Shown here: one piece after another, positions 28,631 to 45,077 of the stretch
Layout: each line of letters begins with the position of its first letter
Position numbering within the stretch: the first letter of the stretch is position 1
Assembly: GCF_009914755.1 (NCBI RefSeq)
Contig: NC_060932.1
Reading direction: 5' to 3' (one strand)
DNA from: the human T2T-CHM13v2.0 reference genome, Homo sapiens
DNA length: 64,000 nt
Notes under the pieces: generated by a model
The model's input: only the letters and a program-made list of their open reading frames with translations
What the model was told of the DNA's origin: nothing
Databases searched by the model: none
Made by a program: the position numbers and the translations under genes

Positions 28631-31479
28631 GACATTCTTTTGTAAATGATGATCTTGCATCTCTCCTAGATAGAGTGTCAGTAATTGACTTCTGTTACTT
28701 TTCCCTTATGCAAACACATACTCCAGTGATCCTTGAAAGGAGAATTCCAGCTCTCAATTCCCATTTGCATATTTTTACCTGGAAATGGAAGTAAAACTAT
28801 TGCCCCTTTAGTTTTAGCTTTCATTGTTAAAAGTTTTTTTCACTGCCTTCAAAATTCCTGCAGGAACTTGTGGAGAATGGGGGTCGGCAAATCTATTATA
28901 AGCTTTGTGTATCTTTACTGAGCATGTGAAAAGCTGAAGAAGCCAAGATGGTAGCAGAGACCCCTCATTACCTATTTCATATGTCATGAATTCTTCCTTC
29001 AAAGGCATTCTTACTTGCTCCTTCTCTTCCTTTCCCACAGTCACCTGTCAAGCAGAAATCCTGATCATCACCCCAGCTGGATTAATGCAAATGTCTTTCT
29101 ACTCAGAGCTCTAGCACTAGACTCACCACCTCCACTTCCAACTCTTCCACTGCCCAGCTGAGAATAATTTTGAAGAACTGGTACTTCCTACATTGAAAAA
29201 AATTTTGACATTCTTTAGCTTAGTTTCAAAAACCTCCTTTTAGATGACCCTGCTCTACCACCTACCGCCTAGTTTGCAAATCTACTCTAGGCAATAAGCC
29301 AGATGATTCTTCAATGTTTTTCTCTAAAACACAGGCTATTAATATATTCATAGCATGATTCCAGAGGATAAACACGGTTATCTGAACTTGCTATAGTACT
29401 TTAGTTAAGAAACTAGGCTTGCAAACGAGGTAGAAACAAGAGATAAAATCTAAAGAAAGCTATACCACTGATAGAAAAATTAAGTGCTTCAATGCTAGGG
29501 TAGTGTCATCAGTTAATTGTGAATCCTTTCTATGCAGGCACTTGGATTCCTCTCCTCTCCTGTCCTCTCCTCTTTTCAGTGGTTGGTTGTGAACCTAGGG
29601 GTGTGTTATCACCATTTTGAGTCTGCTCATTGCCACCGGAAAAAAAAAAAAATTTCCTTAGAAAGTGACAAGCAAAATGCCAACTTGGGCCATCTGGTAC
29701 CTACATAATTAATTTTAAATACCAATCAAGCTAAATTCAGCCTGGACCATTAATGCAGATGGGCTTACTGCCCAAGAGTTATAGTTTCCGGAATCAAATG
29801 AAAATGGGACTTTGCCATTGTTGCAAGTGTGATCAAGTTTTAAAACATGCTACTAAGAGTTACTGAAAAAAAATATTTTACTAGTGAGCATATGGTTTTA
29901 TTTACTGTTACTCTTTCATCCCTAAATAGTTATATTCAATATTCATTTTGAAATTGGTACGAAGCCATGACAAAGAGTCCTAGGTATTTGGCAGCATAAA
30001 GCTGCACAATTTATCAATATTTGGTAAAACAGAAACAGCTATTATACAGACCAGATGGTCTTTGCATATGAAACTTTAAATAATGGATATCATTTATATA
30101 TAAATTATAGGGTGAGAAATAGAGTATAAACAATGCTTTAAGAGCATAGCAGAAGAGTGATTTTTTTCTGTTTATCCCTCTGTTTCTGATTCACAGGGAC
30201 CTAAGCAATCTTCAGCTGCCTTTATGTAAATATGCAGTGAGAATAGATCATAAAAATTACTACAAAAGTATAGATAATAGAGCTATTGATAGATATTTAA
30301 GATTATCTGATCTCTCAGTTTTAGAGATTACAAAACTGAAGTACAGAAATTTTAAATGATTGAGTTGTCAATTTTCAGGTCTGTGGGTTCCGAGTTGGTA
30401 TGCTCATTCTTTTTGCCAACCATCCTACTCATGCTTCCTCTTTAGATAGAGTGCTAAGGTTAGTATATTATAAATATTCACAAAGTGGTGACAACTGATT
30501 ATGTACAAGACCAAAGACATAAAGACAGAAAAACATATACGTCATCTGCTTGGTACAGAAGGTAAATAAGGAAAAAATTAAAAGACCATCATTTTAGAGT
30601 AGAGTAGACTTGAGATGGCAACAAGGTAATGTCATCATTATTACTTAAGTCAGCCACACTCTGTCCAAATGTGTTAATAGCCAGGGAGAGCTTTTAGAAG
30701 CAAATTTAATAGACGATCTCTTTAGAGGTCAGGCCTGAGTTTAATATTGCCAATGTTCTAAAATTTTCACATACATACATACATGAATAAATTATCTGTG
30801 TTTTACTTGTAAGAATACCAACAATTATTTAAATTTTTATCTGAAATGACAATAATTTTTGTCTAAAATTTGGAACACCAATTCCACTTGCACAACTCTC
30901 TGAAGAATAAAGATGAACATAATTGATCCAAAAAGTATTCAAAATAACATTCCTAATGTAATTTTAAAAGTCCAAGCTACAATAAATAAAATATCTTTAA
31001 AGTCCTAGAGAATAAATTTAAACTGGATTAAACATGTTTAAAAACTAGACTGAATATTTTTTCAAAAAAATACACAAACTCTCATTTAAGGCACTGATAT
31101 TAATATGTTGTACAGATGCTTATTCCCTTCCAAATCCAAAATTTAAAAAAGGTAACCCAAGCAAAAACATTCCATTACAATGAAAGGGAAATTATAAAGT
31201 AGTAAGGAAAAGCAAAAAATGAATCTAAATGCAAGAACAATATACTCATCCCTACTTCAAATTAATACATAAAATATATCATATACCTCTTCCCTCATTA
31301 ATAAAATAATTTTTGAAATTGTGGAGACTGCCACACAAAGATATCTGAGGGAAGACATCTTTATTCCCTTAATTTGTGCCAACTAAAAATAAAAAAAAAG
31401 AAAAATAGACAAGAAACTTTTTTTGAATGAAACCAAAAGACAATCTTAACACTACACTGCAATCTGTGAACAATAGCTG

Positions 31480-33049
<1,570 letters not shown>

Positions 33050-36000
33050 CTCAGCAAACCCCTGGACAGAGCCTCCAGGGGCAACTGAAAGCTCTCTGCC
33101 ACTGCCTTTGCAGTGGAAATGCCCTTGCCACCTGTGAACTAATGAAAGAGCAAACGCTGTAAGTGCCTTATCCACACCTCCAACAAGCTGCAGTCAACCC
33201 TAGGAGAGGAGGCCAGTCCATCTCCCATGGTTCCCACACACTCCCATGACCTTTCACCAGACAGGGCACACCTGGCTTAGGCCCACAGCACAGAACCTCC
33301 ATCTTGGGCTGATTGCCCTGAGCAATTGCTGACCTGCATCTCTCTGGGGTCCCCAGGAGTCAAGCAAATGACTCTTGGCCACAACCACTACTAAGATCTC
33401 TTCCTCTGCTGCCTCTAAGCTGGGGAAAGAACATAAACAATGAGATTACACCATAGTTGCAGTGGGCAAGCCCAGGAGTTCCAAGTAATGAATGATAGCC
33501 AGCACTTAAGCGGGAGAGAAACCCACACTTTCAGAGCACTGAGAGGGAACATGGCTGCAACTGGGAGGAAACATGGGGGAGCCACATAACTGAGCAAGAG
33601 CCTACCAACTGACGAATAAGCCTATGTATCACCTGCTGGATCACACCCCAAAGCTTCAAAACCAAAAATACCTTACTAACATACCCCGCACTGAAACCAG
33701 AGACAAGTCAGCTTCTGATAACTCAAATGGGCTCCAAAGAGTGTCACATGTCCTCCAAATGACCTCACAAGTTCTCCAAGAAGAGTCCTTAACCAGACTG
33801 AACTGGCTGGAATGACAGAAATAGAATTCAGAATATGGATAGGAATAAAGATCATTGAGATTCAGGAGAATGGCAAAACCCAATCCAAGGAAAATAAGAA
33901 TCACAATAAAGTGATACAGGAGTTGAAGGACAAAATAGCCAGTATAAAAAAGAACCTAATAGGTCTGACAGAGCTGAATAACACAAGAATTTCAAAATGC
34001 AATCACAAGTATTAACAGCAGAATGAACCAAGCTGAGGGAAGAATCTCAGAATTTAAAGACTTGTTCTCTGAAATAAGACAGTCAGACAAAAATAAAGAA
34101 AAAAGAATTAAAAAGAATGAACAAATCCTTCCAGAAGTATGGCATTATGTAAAGAGGCCGAATCTATGAATCACTGACATTTGTGGTCCACATAACTGGA
34201 CCACAAAACAATCCTCAACAAATTTAACAGAACTGAAATTATACCAAACACACTGTTAGACCACAGCACAATAAAAATAGAAGTCAACACAATGAAAATC
34301 GCTCAAATCCATACAATTATATAAAAATTAAACGACTGCTCTTGAATGACTTTTGGGTAAAAAATGAAATTAAGGCAGATATCAAGAAGTTATTTGAAAA
34401 TAATGAGAAGATACAACATATCAGAATCTCTGGGATTCTGAGCTAAGGCAATGTTAAGAGAGAAATTCATAGCACTAAATGGCCACATCATAAAGTTAGA
34501 AAGATCTCAAACTAACAAAATAACTTCTCAACTGAAAGAACTAGAGAAGCAACAACAAATCAACCACAAAGCTAGAAGATGAAAAATAACAAAAGTCAGA
34601 GCTGAACTGAAGAAAACTGAGATACAAAAAAAAAAAAAAAAAAAAATCAAAAGACCAATGAATCCAGGAGTTAGTTTTCTGAAAATAAAATTAATAGAAT
34701 AGGCCACTAACTAGACTAAGACGGAAAGAGAAAAGATCCAAATAAACACAACTAGAAATGATTAAGGGAATGTTACTGCTGAACCCATAAAAATAAAAAT
34801 AACCGTCAGAAAGTACTGTGAATACCTCTATGCACACAAAAAGAAGAGATGGATAAATTTCTGGACACGTACACCCTCCCAAGACTGAGCCAGGGAGAAA
34901 CTGATTCCCTGAACAGACCAATAATAAGCTCCTAAATTGAATCAGTAATAAATAGCCTACCAACCAAAAAGAAAAAAAAAAAAAAGCCCAGGACCTGATG
35001 GATTTAGACCTGATGGATTTAGAGCCAAATTCTGCCAGATCTACAAAGAAGAGCTGGTACCATTCCTACTGAAACTATTCCAAAAAAGTGAGGAGGAGAG
35101 ACTTCTGCTCAATTCATTCTATGAGGCCAGCATCATCTTGCTACCAAAACCTGGCAGAGACACAACAAAAAAAAGAAATCTTCAGGTCAATATCCTTGAT
35201 GAACATCAATGTAAAAATCCTCAACAAAATACTTGCAAACTGAATCCAGCAGCACATTAAAAATCTAATTCACCATGATCAAATAGGCTTCATCCCTGGG
35301 ATGTAAGGTTGGTTCAACATACAAAAATCAATAAATGTGATTAATCATATAAACAGAACTAAAGACAAAGAGCACATGATTATCTCAATAGATGCAGAAA
35401 AGACTTAATACAATTCAAAATCTCTTCACATTAAAAACTCTGAATACATTAGGTCTTGAAGGAACATACTTCAAAATAATGAGATCCACCTGTGACAAAT
35501 CCACAGCCAACATAATGCTGAATGGACAAAAGCTGGAAACATTCCCCTTAAAAACCAGCACAAGACAAGGATGCCTTCTCTCACCACTTCTATTCAACAT
35601 AGTATTGGAAGTCCTTGCCAGAGCAATCAGGCAAGAGAAAAAATAAAGCACATTCAAATAGGAAGAGAGGAAGTCAAACTATATTTGTTTGCAGTCGACA
35701 TGACTTTCTATCTAGAAAACCACATAGTAGTCTCAGCCCAAAAGCTCCTTCAGACAATAAATAACTTCAGCAAAGTTGCAGGATACAAAATTAATGCACA
35801 AAAATCACTAGCATTCCACTATACCAACAACAACCAAACTGAGAACAAAATCAGAAAACCAATCCCATTCACAACTGCCACAACAACAACAACAACAAAA
35901 ACCTAGGAATACAACTAACCAGGGAGGTGAAAGATCTCTACAATGAGAATTGCAAAACATCGCTCAAAGAAATCAGAGAAGACACAAATTAAGAAACATC

Positions 36001-37652
36001 CCATGCTCGTGGATAGAAAGAATGTCATTAAAATTGCTAATACTACCCAAAGCAATTTACAAATTCAATGCTATTCCTAGCAAACCACCATGACATTCTT
36101 CATAGAAAAAATTATTTTAAAATTTATATGAAATCAATATATAGCTGAAATAGCCAAGGTAATACTAAGCAAAATGAACAAAGCTGGAGGAATCATGTTA
36201 CCTGACTTCAAACCAAACTACAAGGCTACAGTGACCAAAATAGCATGGTATTGGTACAAAAACAGGCACATGGACCAATGGAACAGATTAGAGAGCCCAG
36301 AAATAAGGTTGCACATCTATGACCATCTGATCTTTGACAAAATTGACAAATACAAGCAATGGGGGAAAAAAAACACCCTATTCAATAAATGGTGCTGGGA
36401 GAACTGGCTAGCCATATGCAGAACATTGAACCTGGACCGCTTACTTACACCATATACAAAAATCAACTCAAGATGTATTAAAGACTTAAATGTAAAACAC
36501 AAAACTATAAAAACCCTGGAAGACAATCTTGGCAATACCAACCTTGACATAAGAACAGGCAAAGATTTCACGAAAAAGATACCAAAAGCAATCACAAAGA
36601 AAGCAAAAATTGATCATTGGGATCTAATTAAACTTAAGAGCTTCTGTACAGCAAAAGAAACTATCAACAGAATAAACAGACAACAGGATGAGAGAAAATT
36701 TTTGCAAACTGTGCACATGACAAAGGTCTAATATCTTGCATCTATAAGAAACGTAAACAAATTTACAAGAGAAAAACAAACAACCCATTAAAAAGTGGGC
36801 AAAGGACATAAACAGACACTTCTCAGAAGAGGATATGCATGCAGCCAACAAGCATATGAAAAAAAGCTCAATATCACTGATAATTTTAGAGAAATGCAAG
36901 TCAAAACCACAATGAGATACCATCTCACACCAATCAGAATGGCTATTATTAAAAAGTCAATAACAGGCGCTAGCGAGGCTGTGGAGAAAAGGAACTCTTC
37001 TACACTGTTGGTGGGAGTGTAAATTAGTTCAACTATTGTGGAAGGCAGTGTGGCCATTCCTTAAAGAGCTAAAAGCAGAACTATCATTCAACTCAGCAAT
37101 CCCATTACTGGGTATATATCCAGAGAAATATAAAACATATCCAGAGAAATATAAAACATTCTACCATAAAGACACATGCATGTGAATGTTCACTGCAGCA
37201 CTGTTCACAATGGCAAAGACAAGAAATCAACCAAATGCCCATCAATGATAGACTGGATAAAGAAAATATGGTACATATACACCATGCAATATTATGCAGC
37301 CATAAAATAGAATCAGATCATGTCTTTTGCAGGAACATGGATGGAGCTGGAGGCTATCATCCTTAGCAAACAAAATGCAGGAACAGAAAATCAAATATCA
37401 CATGTTCTCACTCATAAGTGGGAGCTAAATAATGAGAACTTATGAACACACAGAAGGAAACAACAGACACTGGAGTCTACTCGAAGGAGCAGGGTAGAAG
37501 GAGGGAGAAAAGCAGAAAAAGTAACTATTGGGTACTGAGCTTAATATCTGGGTGATGTAATCATATGTACAACAAACCCCCATGACATGTGTTTATCTAT
37601 GCAACAACCCCTCACATGTACCCCCAAGCCTAAAATAAAATATGTTTTAAAA
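33050..37652 (+). mobile_element. L1PA12/13-like LINE-1 with partial 5'UTR and a large internal ORF1-ORF2 deletion
   Basis: ORF1 N-terminal remnant (MTEIEFRIWIG), ORF2 remnants ([39 protein letters not shown]) and 3'UTR GAACTTATGAACAC...CACATGTACCCCCAAGCCTAAAATAAA. Confidence 0.9.
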
Positions 37653-37769
37653 GAAACTTTAGAATAAAACCAGTAGCAAATTTAAAAACTAAAAATTATA
37701 CTTTTAGCACCAGAGAAAGCTGCTAACATGTTTATCAGTTTTAAAAGGTATAATTGTCATAGTATGAAC

Positions 37770-38822
37770 TGTTGCGGGAAGTCAGGGACCCCAAATGGAG
37801 GGACCGGCTGGAACCACAGCAGAAGAACATAAATTGTGAAGATTTCATGGAAATTTATCAGTTTCCAAAATTAATACTTTTATAATTTCTTAGGCCTGTC
37901 TTTACTGCAATCTCTGAACATAAATTGTGAAGATTTCATGGACATTTATCACTTCCCTAATAATACTCTTATAACTTCTTATGCCTGTCTTTACTTAAAT
38001 CTCTTAATCCCGTTATCTTCGTAAGCTGAGAATGTACGTCACTTCAGGACCACTATTGTACAAATTGATTGTAAAACACGCGTGTTTGAACAATATGAAA
38101 TCAGTGCACCTTGAAAAAGAACAGAATAACAGTGATTTTAGGGAACAAGGGAAGATAACCATAAGGTCTGACTGCCTGCAGGGTCAGGCAGAATAAAGCC
38201 ATATTTTTCTTCTTGCAGAGAGCCTATAAATGGATGTGCAAGTAAGACAGATATCGCTGAATTCTTTTCCCAGCAAGGAATATCCTGGGGAAGGAATTCC
38301 ACTCCTGAGGGGAGGTCTATAAATGGCCACTCTGGGAGGGTCCATCTTATGCAGTTGAGATAAAGACTGAAATACGCCCTGGTCTCCTGCAGTACCCTCA
38401 GGCTTACTAGGATTGGGAAATTCCAGCCTGGTAAATTTTGGTCAGACCGGTTCTCTGCTCTCAAACCCTGTTTTCTGTTAAGATGTTTATCAAGACAATA
38501 CATGCACAGCAGGACATATACCCTCATCAGTAATTCTAATTTTGCCTCTGCCTTGTGATCTTTATTGCCCTTTGAAGCATGTGATCTTTGTGACCTACTC
38601 CCTGTTCATACACCCACTCCCCTTTTAAAATCCCTGATAAAAACTTGCTGGTTTTGCGGCTCAGGGGTCATCACGGACCTACCAACATGTGACGTTACCC
38701 CTGGAGGCCCAGCTGTAAAATTCCTCTCTGTGTACTCTTTCTCTTTATTTCTCAGACAAGCCGACACTTAGGGAAAATAGAAAGAACCCATGTTGAAATA
38801 TTGGGAGCGGGCTCCCCCAGTA
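37770..38822 (+). mobile_element. MER11 (HERV-K11/HML-8) solo LTR, MER11C-like
   Basis: Starts TGTTGCGGGAAGTCAGGGACCCC, has the internal repeat GAACATAAATTGTGAAGATTTCATGG twice, 1053 bp. Perfect 6-bp TSD ATGAAC at 37764-37769 and 38823-38828. Confidence 0.93.
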
Positions 38823-39512
38823 ATGAACTATCCTCCTTTAAATTGAAAATTTGACATGCTATAACATGTGTACAGCTGTGAAACTAATTCAGCCCTCAAG
38901 ATAAGAAACACATCAGTCAGCTCCAAAGTTTCCTCATGGCCCTTTGGAATCCCACCTTCTTTCCTTTCACTGCCACTCGTCAACTCTAGGCAAACAGTGA
39001 TCTCTTTATGTCAGTATAGATTGGTTTGCATTTTCAGAAATTTTATTACTTTTACTGTCTCAGTTCTTCCATTTATCATAATTATTTTGAGTTACAACCA
39101 TGTGATTTTTGTATCAATAGTTTCTTTTTACTGATGAGTAGAATTCTATTTTATGGACATACTACAGTTTGTTTATCCTTTCAGCTGTTGGTAGAAATTT
39201 GTGTTGCTTCCTAGTTTTTATCTGTCACAAGTGAAAACGTCATGAATATGCACATATATGAATATGCACATATATGAATATGCATATATGTATGACGTAA
39301 TTTCACTGGGTAAATGCCTATGTGTGGAATGGATGCATCATATCATCAAATTATTTTTACATTTTTGAGAAACTGACAAACTGCTTTCCAAGGTGTATTT
39401 AGCATTTTACTTTTCCACAGCAGTACATGAGAGTTTTCAGTGCTCTAGATTCTCATCAATACTTTGGATAGCCAGACTTTTAAATGTCAAATATTCAGAT
39501 AAATATATAGTG

Positions 39513-39943
39513 TCATCTCCAATAGCAAAGACATGGAATCAACCTAAATGCCCATCAATGACAGACTGGATAAAAAAAAATGTGGGACATGTACACCATG
39601 GAATACTATGCAATCATAAAAAAAGAATGAGATCGTGTCTTTTGCAGGAATATAGATGGAGTTGGAGGTTATTATCCTTAAGAAACTAACTTAAATATTG
39701 CATGTTCTTACTTATAAGTAGGAGCGAAATGATGGGAAGTCATGAACACAAAGAAGGAAATAACAGACACTGGGGTCTACTTGAGGATGTAGAGTAAGAG
39801 GAGGGAGAGGAGCAGAGAAAATAACCATTGGGTACTAGGCTGAATATCTGGGTGATGGAATAATCTGTATAACAACTCCTCGTGACACAGGTTTACCTAT
39901 ATAGCAAACCTTCACATGTACCCCCAAACCTAAAAGTTTAATA
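39513..39943 (+). mobile_element. Short 5'-truncated L1PA12/13-like 3' end
   Basis: CAATAGCAAAGACATGGAATCAACCTAAATGCCC through CACATGTACCCCCAAACCTAAAAG. TSD AAATATATAGTG at 39501-39512 and 39944-39955. Confidence 0.9.
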
Positions 39944-40126
39944 AAATATATAGTGGTATTTCACTGTAGTTTTAATTTGCATTTCTAAATGACTAATTAT
40001 ATCAAGCATCTTTTTATATGCATTTTTGTCATTCATGTTTCTTCTTTGGTAAAGTGCCTCCAATTTTTTCACTATTTTTATGAGGTTTTTCTTACTATTG
40101 AGTTTCGAAAAACATATGTATATACA

Positions 40127-40768
40127 CAGTTGATCCTCATTATTCTTGGATTCCGTATTTGTGAATTTGCCTACTCAATAAAATTGATTTGTAACCCCAA
40201 AATCAACACTTCTTTCCCTTTCACAGTCATTAAAGACATGAACAGAGTAGCAAAACATTTGAGTTCCCTGAAATGTGCATGTTTCTAGCTGACACAGAAT
40301 AAGGCAATATTCTGCCTTCTTGCTTGAACTCTTATACTGTAAATAAATGTCCTTTATGAAGTCTATGTTTTTTTCACATTTTTGTGCTTTTTCAGGGTAA
40401 TTTTGCTGTTTGAAAATGTCACCGAAGCATAGTGTTCAGTGCTATCTCATGTTCTCATGCATGAAATCTGTCATGTCTTAAAGAGAAACTATGCATGTCA
40501 GATGAGTTCTGTTTAGCCATAAGTTATGGTGCAGTTGGCCATGAGTTCAATGTTAATGAATCAACAATGTATATTAAGTAAGATGTCTTTAAAAGAAACA
40601 CACACAAAACAAAGTTTGCATTTATCAGTTGATGAAGGTATTGTGACTGGAGGCTCACACGTATAAAGTATCTAACCCTGTATTTCCCTAGGAGCAATGG
40701 CTTACTATTCACTAATTCAGAGTTCACAGCAACGTGACATTACAGAATTTAACTACAGCGAATACCAA
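40127..40768 (+). mobile_element. MER82 (TcMar-Tigger) DNA transposon
   Basis: CAGTTGATCCTCATTATTC...GGATTCCGTATTTGTGAATTTGCCTACTC...GAGTTCAATGTTAATGAATCAACAAT...CCTAGGAGCAATGG, about 640 bp in a TA-rich context. Confidence 0.8.
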
Positions 40769-41659
40769 GTATATATATTATATAAATACTTTATCATATA
40801 TATCCTATATGATATATATCCTATATATATAAGGATCCTTTTTTATAAATATATATTTTTATATATAAAATTTATATTTATATATATATAGAATTTGCAA
40901 ATATTTTTCTAGGACATAATTGGTCTTTTCATGTTCCTAACAGTTTCTTCCAAAGAATAAAATTTTGTAATTTTGATGAAGTCTAGTTTTTTTTCTTTTA
41001 TGAATCATGATTTTGATGTCTTATCTAATAAATCTTTGCCTAATTCAAGGTCACTTTCTCCTTTCCCTAGTTTTGGGGGTATTATAGGTGGTGTCTTGAC
41101 AATAAACAATGTCAGAGAATGAGAAAACAATGAGTTTCCAAACTATCCATTAACAGAATATATAAACAGAAACATACCTTCATATGATTGCTGAACAAAT
41201 AATAGTGTGAATCATGAAGACTGAGTGCAACAGCTGTTTCTAGACTCTAATTGTTTATTAATAGTTTCTAATAAGCTTACCTTAACCCAATTAGTATACT
41301 GATTAGATATTATTAAGACCTTGTATCCAAGTCAAAATAAATAATGCAGGGAAAGCACCTAGATACTATCCACCCTCAAAAACTGATTTATTTACATGAC
41401 AACTGTTTTTGTCAAACTTTAAGTTTCCCAAATTTGGCAAATGAGAAAGTGTAGACAAGAGATAGTAAATTCTTACAGGGTTTTAAGTAATGGTACCAAG
41501 AGATACATAAAATCAGGCAGAAAGGGAGTTAGGGCAGGAGAAAGACAGAGGCAGATACAGAAGAGACAGAGTTTAACACTGTCTAATTGAATTATGGTGA
41601 TGAGGCAAGGACAATAAAATTCTCAGTATATTTAGTCTGAAGTAATAAATCCCAGAGTG

Positions 41660-41685
41660 ATATATATATATATATATATATATAT
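41660..41685. repeat. (TA)n microsatellite
   Basis: Uninterrupted ATATAT run. Confidence 0.9.
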
Positions 41686-41934
41686 TTTTGTCTGATTATC
41701 TCTTATATTTCACAAGGTGTTCTTCTATAAACAGAGAATAATATGAATCATCTCTGTGAGAGAAAGTATACACAACACCCCCTAATATTCTATCCTTAAT
41801 TGTGGACTTTCTGGATGAAATAGCATTTGACATAGTTTTAATTTGGGCACTTGACAGTATAGGCAAGAGGAAAAACATAGTTCTAGGATTTGCCTAGGCA
41901 ACATGGATACAAATCAGCTAAGAAGTCACTTTTA

Positions 41935-42232
<298 letters not shown>

Positions 42233-43677
42233 GTCATTTTTTAAAGTTAACTAAAAAAGAAATAACACTGGAAACCCATGAAATGAAAAGTATCACTTGA
42301 AACTGGTTAGGCTAAAAAGGAATAACATAAAGTTGGAATGAATAACTATACGTTTAGGAACATCACTATTTCCTTAGAGCCTAATATATTTTATTATCTT
42401 TCTCATTTTCTTTTTCAAAATTCAAAGTATTATGTACAACATGAATTTTAGGATTGTTTAACTATAACTACACACCTATGTATATTTTTGAAATAGAACT
42501 CTGATCAATTTTGAATTTTCAGTTTCAAAATCTGAAAATTGAGGAAACAAAAAATGAATAAAATATTCAATATGGTTGTCTAGACCAAAATTCATGCCTT
42601 CTTTTTAACCTAAATAATGCATAACAGAACTGAGAAAAATGTCTGTTTAGCAAAGCACATACTATCATCACTATAATATTAGGAACAAATTATAAATATG
42701 GTGATGATAAATTTTAAATGAAATTATTTTCATCAGACATCTTAACACCTAGAAGTCATACTTCATTTAATATATATACTTATATATAGATAATATATAT
42801 ACATTATATATATATAAAGAACAATGCCTATCACTATATTTGAAGTTAATGAAAAAATACAAAATAAATGCTCATTAGGTTTAGCCCTTAATGTCACTAA
42901 ACAGATGGCTCTAACTGCTGTTCCCACTTTAATGACAGCATAATCTGGAATCTAAAGGTCATACCAGGTATAGGTCACCTCTGGACACTCTCTACATCTT
43001 AAAAGTAAGTCAGCCATTTCTTCTAACTTTCCTTTCCAAGGGACAGATTAACAAGAATCTATTTCATTTAATATGGCTTCTTAAAGACAGCTTTAGCAGA
43101 ACAAAAGTACTTTTTTTCTAAGTAAAACTTCACGGTCTCTATTTACTTTTAACCAAAGAAACCATTTCTCTCTATTTAATTACTATTAATATGTCATTTT
43201 TCCCTCCTTCAAGGCTCAGCTTAAGTATTGCCTCTTAAATTTTATTATCCTATTTTAACCATGATGCATAATTCTGTTTTATAAATTTGTGTAGCACTTA
43301 TTTTATTCATATTGCTATATAATTATACAAATTTATTAGAGAAAAGGAAGATATTCAATTTTTCTATATTCTGTATGGCAAATGCAAGAATAGCAGGCAT
43401 ATAGTAGAGAATAGTTATTTATTAAATTAAATTAAGAGAAATGTTTTTTTTTTTTTTTTGGAATACTCTAGCTACTGGAAGTCCTCCATGCATGCTAGAA
43501 TAATCATGACTCCAATATCTATCTTCTACACATATTTCCTCTGCCCTTATTATCCTACCCTGTACCCGCAAACAAAACCTCATCTACTTGCCAAAGCTTT
43601 GTTCATCTTTCAAGGCTTCACTGGGTTACCTGATAACCAGCTCAATTAATGAAATGAAAGGGCGTTCTGGAGTATGG

Positions 43678-44038
43678 GTATATTTGTCTGATTTGGCTGC
43701 CATAACAAAATTCCATAGGTTGAGTGACTTAAACAACAGAAATTTATCTTCTCAGGATCTGGAGGTTGGAAGTGCAAGATCAGTGTGCCCAACTTAGTTA
43801 GATTCTGGCTTGCAGATTCTCTTCCTGGCTTGCAGATGGCCAGCTTCTTTCTATGTGCTCAAATGGCCTTTCCTGGTTTATTTTCATAAGGGCACTAACA
43901 CCATCATAAAAGCCTGACCTTCGTGATCTTGTTTAATCCTAATTACTTTCCAAAGGGCCCATCTCCAAATACCATTACATTGGGGATTAGGGTTTCAACA
44001 TACAAATTTTGAAGGGACACAAACATTCAGTCTATAAT
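43678..44038 (-). mobile_element. MLT1A0-like (MaLR) solo LTR
   Basis: GGCTGCCATAACAAAATTCCATAG...CTTAAACAACAGAAATTTAT...CCATCTCCAAATACCATTACATTGGGGATTAGGGTTTCAACAT...ACAAACATTCAGTCTATA. Confidence 0.85.
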
Positions 44039-44049
44039 AATTGGAAAAA

Positions 44050-44380
44050 ACAAAGACTTTGGATTAGCTGGGCCTGGGTTTAAATCTTGTTCTACTATTT
44101 CAGACATATGTGACTTTGGCTGACTTATACTCAGAGACTCTGTTATCTGTGAATGGAGACTATCAATACTAACTTCATAATTATAATAATCACAACCATC
44201 ATGATAATTTTTGAGCATTTACTATAGTTTTTTACTATATAGCATTCACTAATAGTTTTTTCAATGACTCTATAAGTATTAAATTATTTAATTATCTGAA
44301 TAATCCTATGAGGCAAATGATATTGTTAGCATGATTTTATATTGGGAAACTAATATGGAAAAGAGCATAAATTACCTCAC
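44050..44380. mobile_element. Two MIR fragments in opposite orientation
   Basis: CCTGGGTTTAAATCTTGTTCTACTA...TGTGACTTTGG on +, and AATAATCCTATGAGG...ATTTTATATTGGGAAACT on -. Confidence 0.6.
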
Positions 44381-45077
44381 AGATCTGATATAAATATTAA
44401 ATAAATATGTAAAATACCCAGTATATAGTGAAATGTATAGTTCCATCCCTTTTACATATGCAACAAGCTGTCAAAGAAATAAAAATACTAAGTATTTATA
44501 TCATCAAAGAAAGAACCGTTATGACTGGCATACTTTAGCAATTCACATTATCATCCCCTAAAAATACCAACTTGTCTTTAAAAACTGCCCAAAAGGACTT
44601 AATCACAACACATTTTTAGTTTTAAGCAAACAAATAATGTAGTAGCAAGAGGGATTTGAGTTTTTCTTCCATTTTCCATGATCTTAAACATCAAAAGTTA
44701 TCAGTGTCAATCCTTATTAATTTAAAGTGTTCTCCATCCAATAGTTCCTCCTAATAATTCTTGCCATTTGAAACAATACTTAATTAGAAACAACATATAA
44801 TACCAATATTAGAATATCCCTGCTTTATTTATATGTTTAAAGCTTCCATGTTGATCCAGAAGCAAATTATCCTTATGATTGCCAATCTAAAAAGAAGAGA
44901 TGGAAAAGGATATTTGCTAAAAATGTTTTGAAAAAACATTTTTAAATTCAAGGCAATGGTTTATATGTTTAAGGACTTGCCTACCCCAATGTATTTTCTT
45001 TAAGTTTATGTTATTTCTTTACATATTCAGATATGCTTCTTCAGAATGCTAGTAGCATATTAATTTCATAAAGTAGA

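Larger units (their letters stand above)
38835..41055 (-). mobile_element. Old L1MC/L1MD 3' region interrupted by an L1PA13 fragment and MER82
   Basis: Reverse-complement L1M 3' motifs (GAGAAACTGACAAACTGCTTTCCAAGG; GTAGTTTTAATTTGCATTTCT; TTTGCAAATATTTTTTCT...AATTTTGATGAAGTC). Confidence 0.75.

Noticed and set aside
29540-29655. Pyrimidine tract, short unique stretch and A-run suggesting a processed small RNA or exon
   Set aside because: No TSD, no recognisable RNA family and no clear downstream donor.
37825-37945. Direct repeat GAACATAAATTGTGAAGATTTCATGG
   Set aside because: An intrinsic feature of MER11 LTRs as I recall them, not locus-specific.
40769-40890. AT-rich quasi-palindromic stretch
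   Set aside because: A degenerate (TA)n expansion at the MER82 insertion site. The self-complementarity is trivial.
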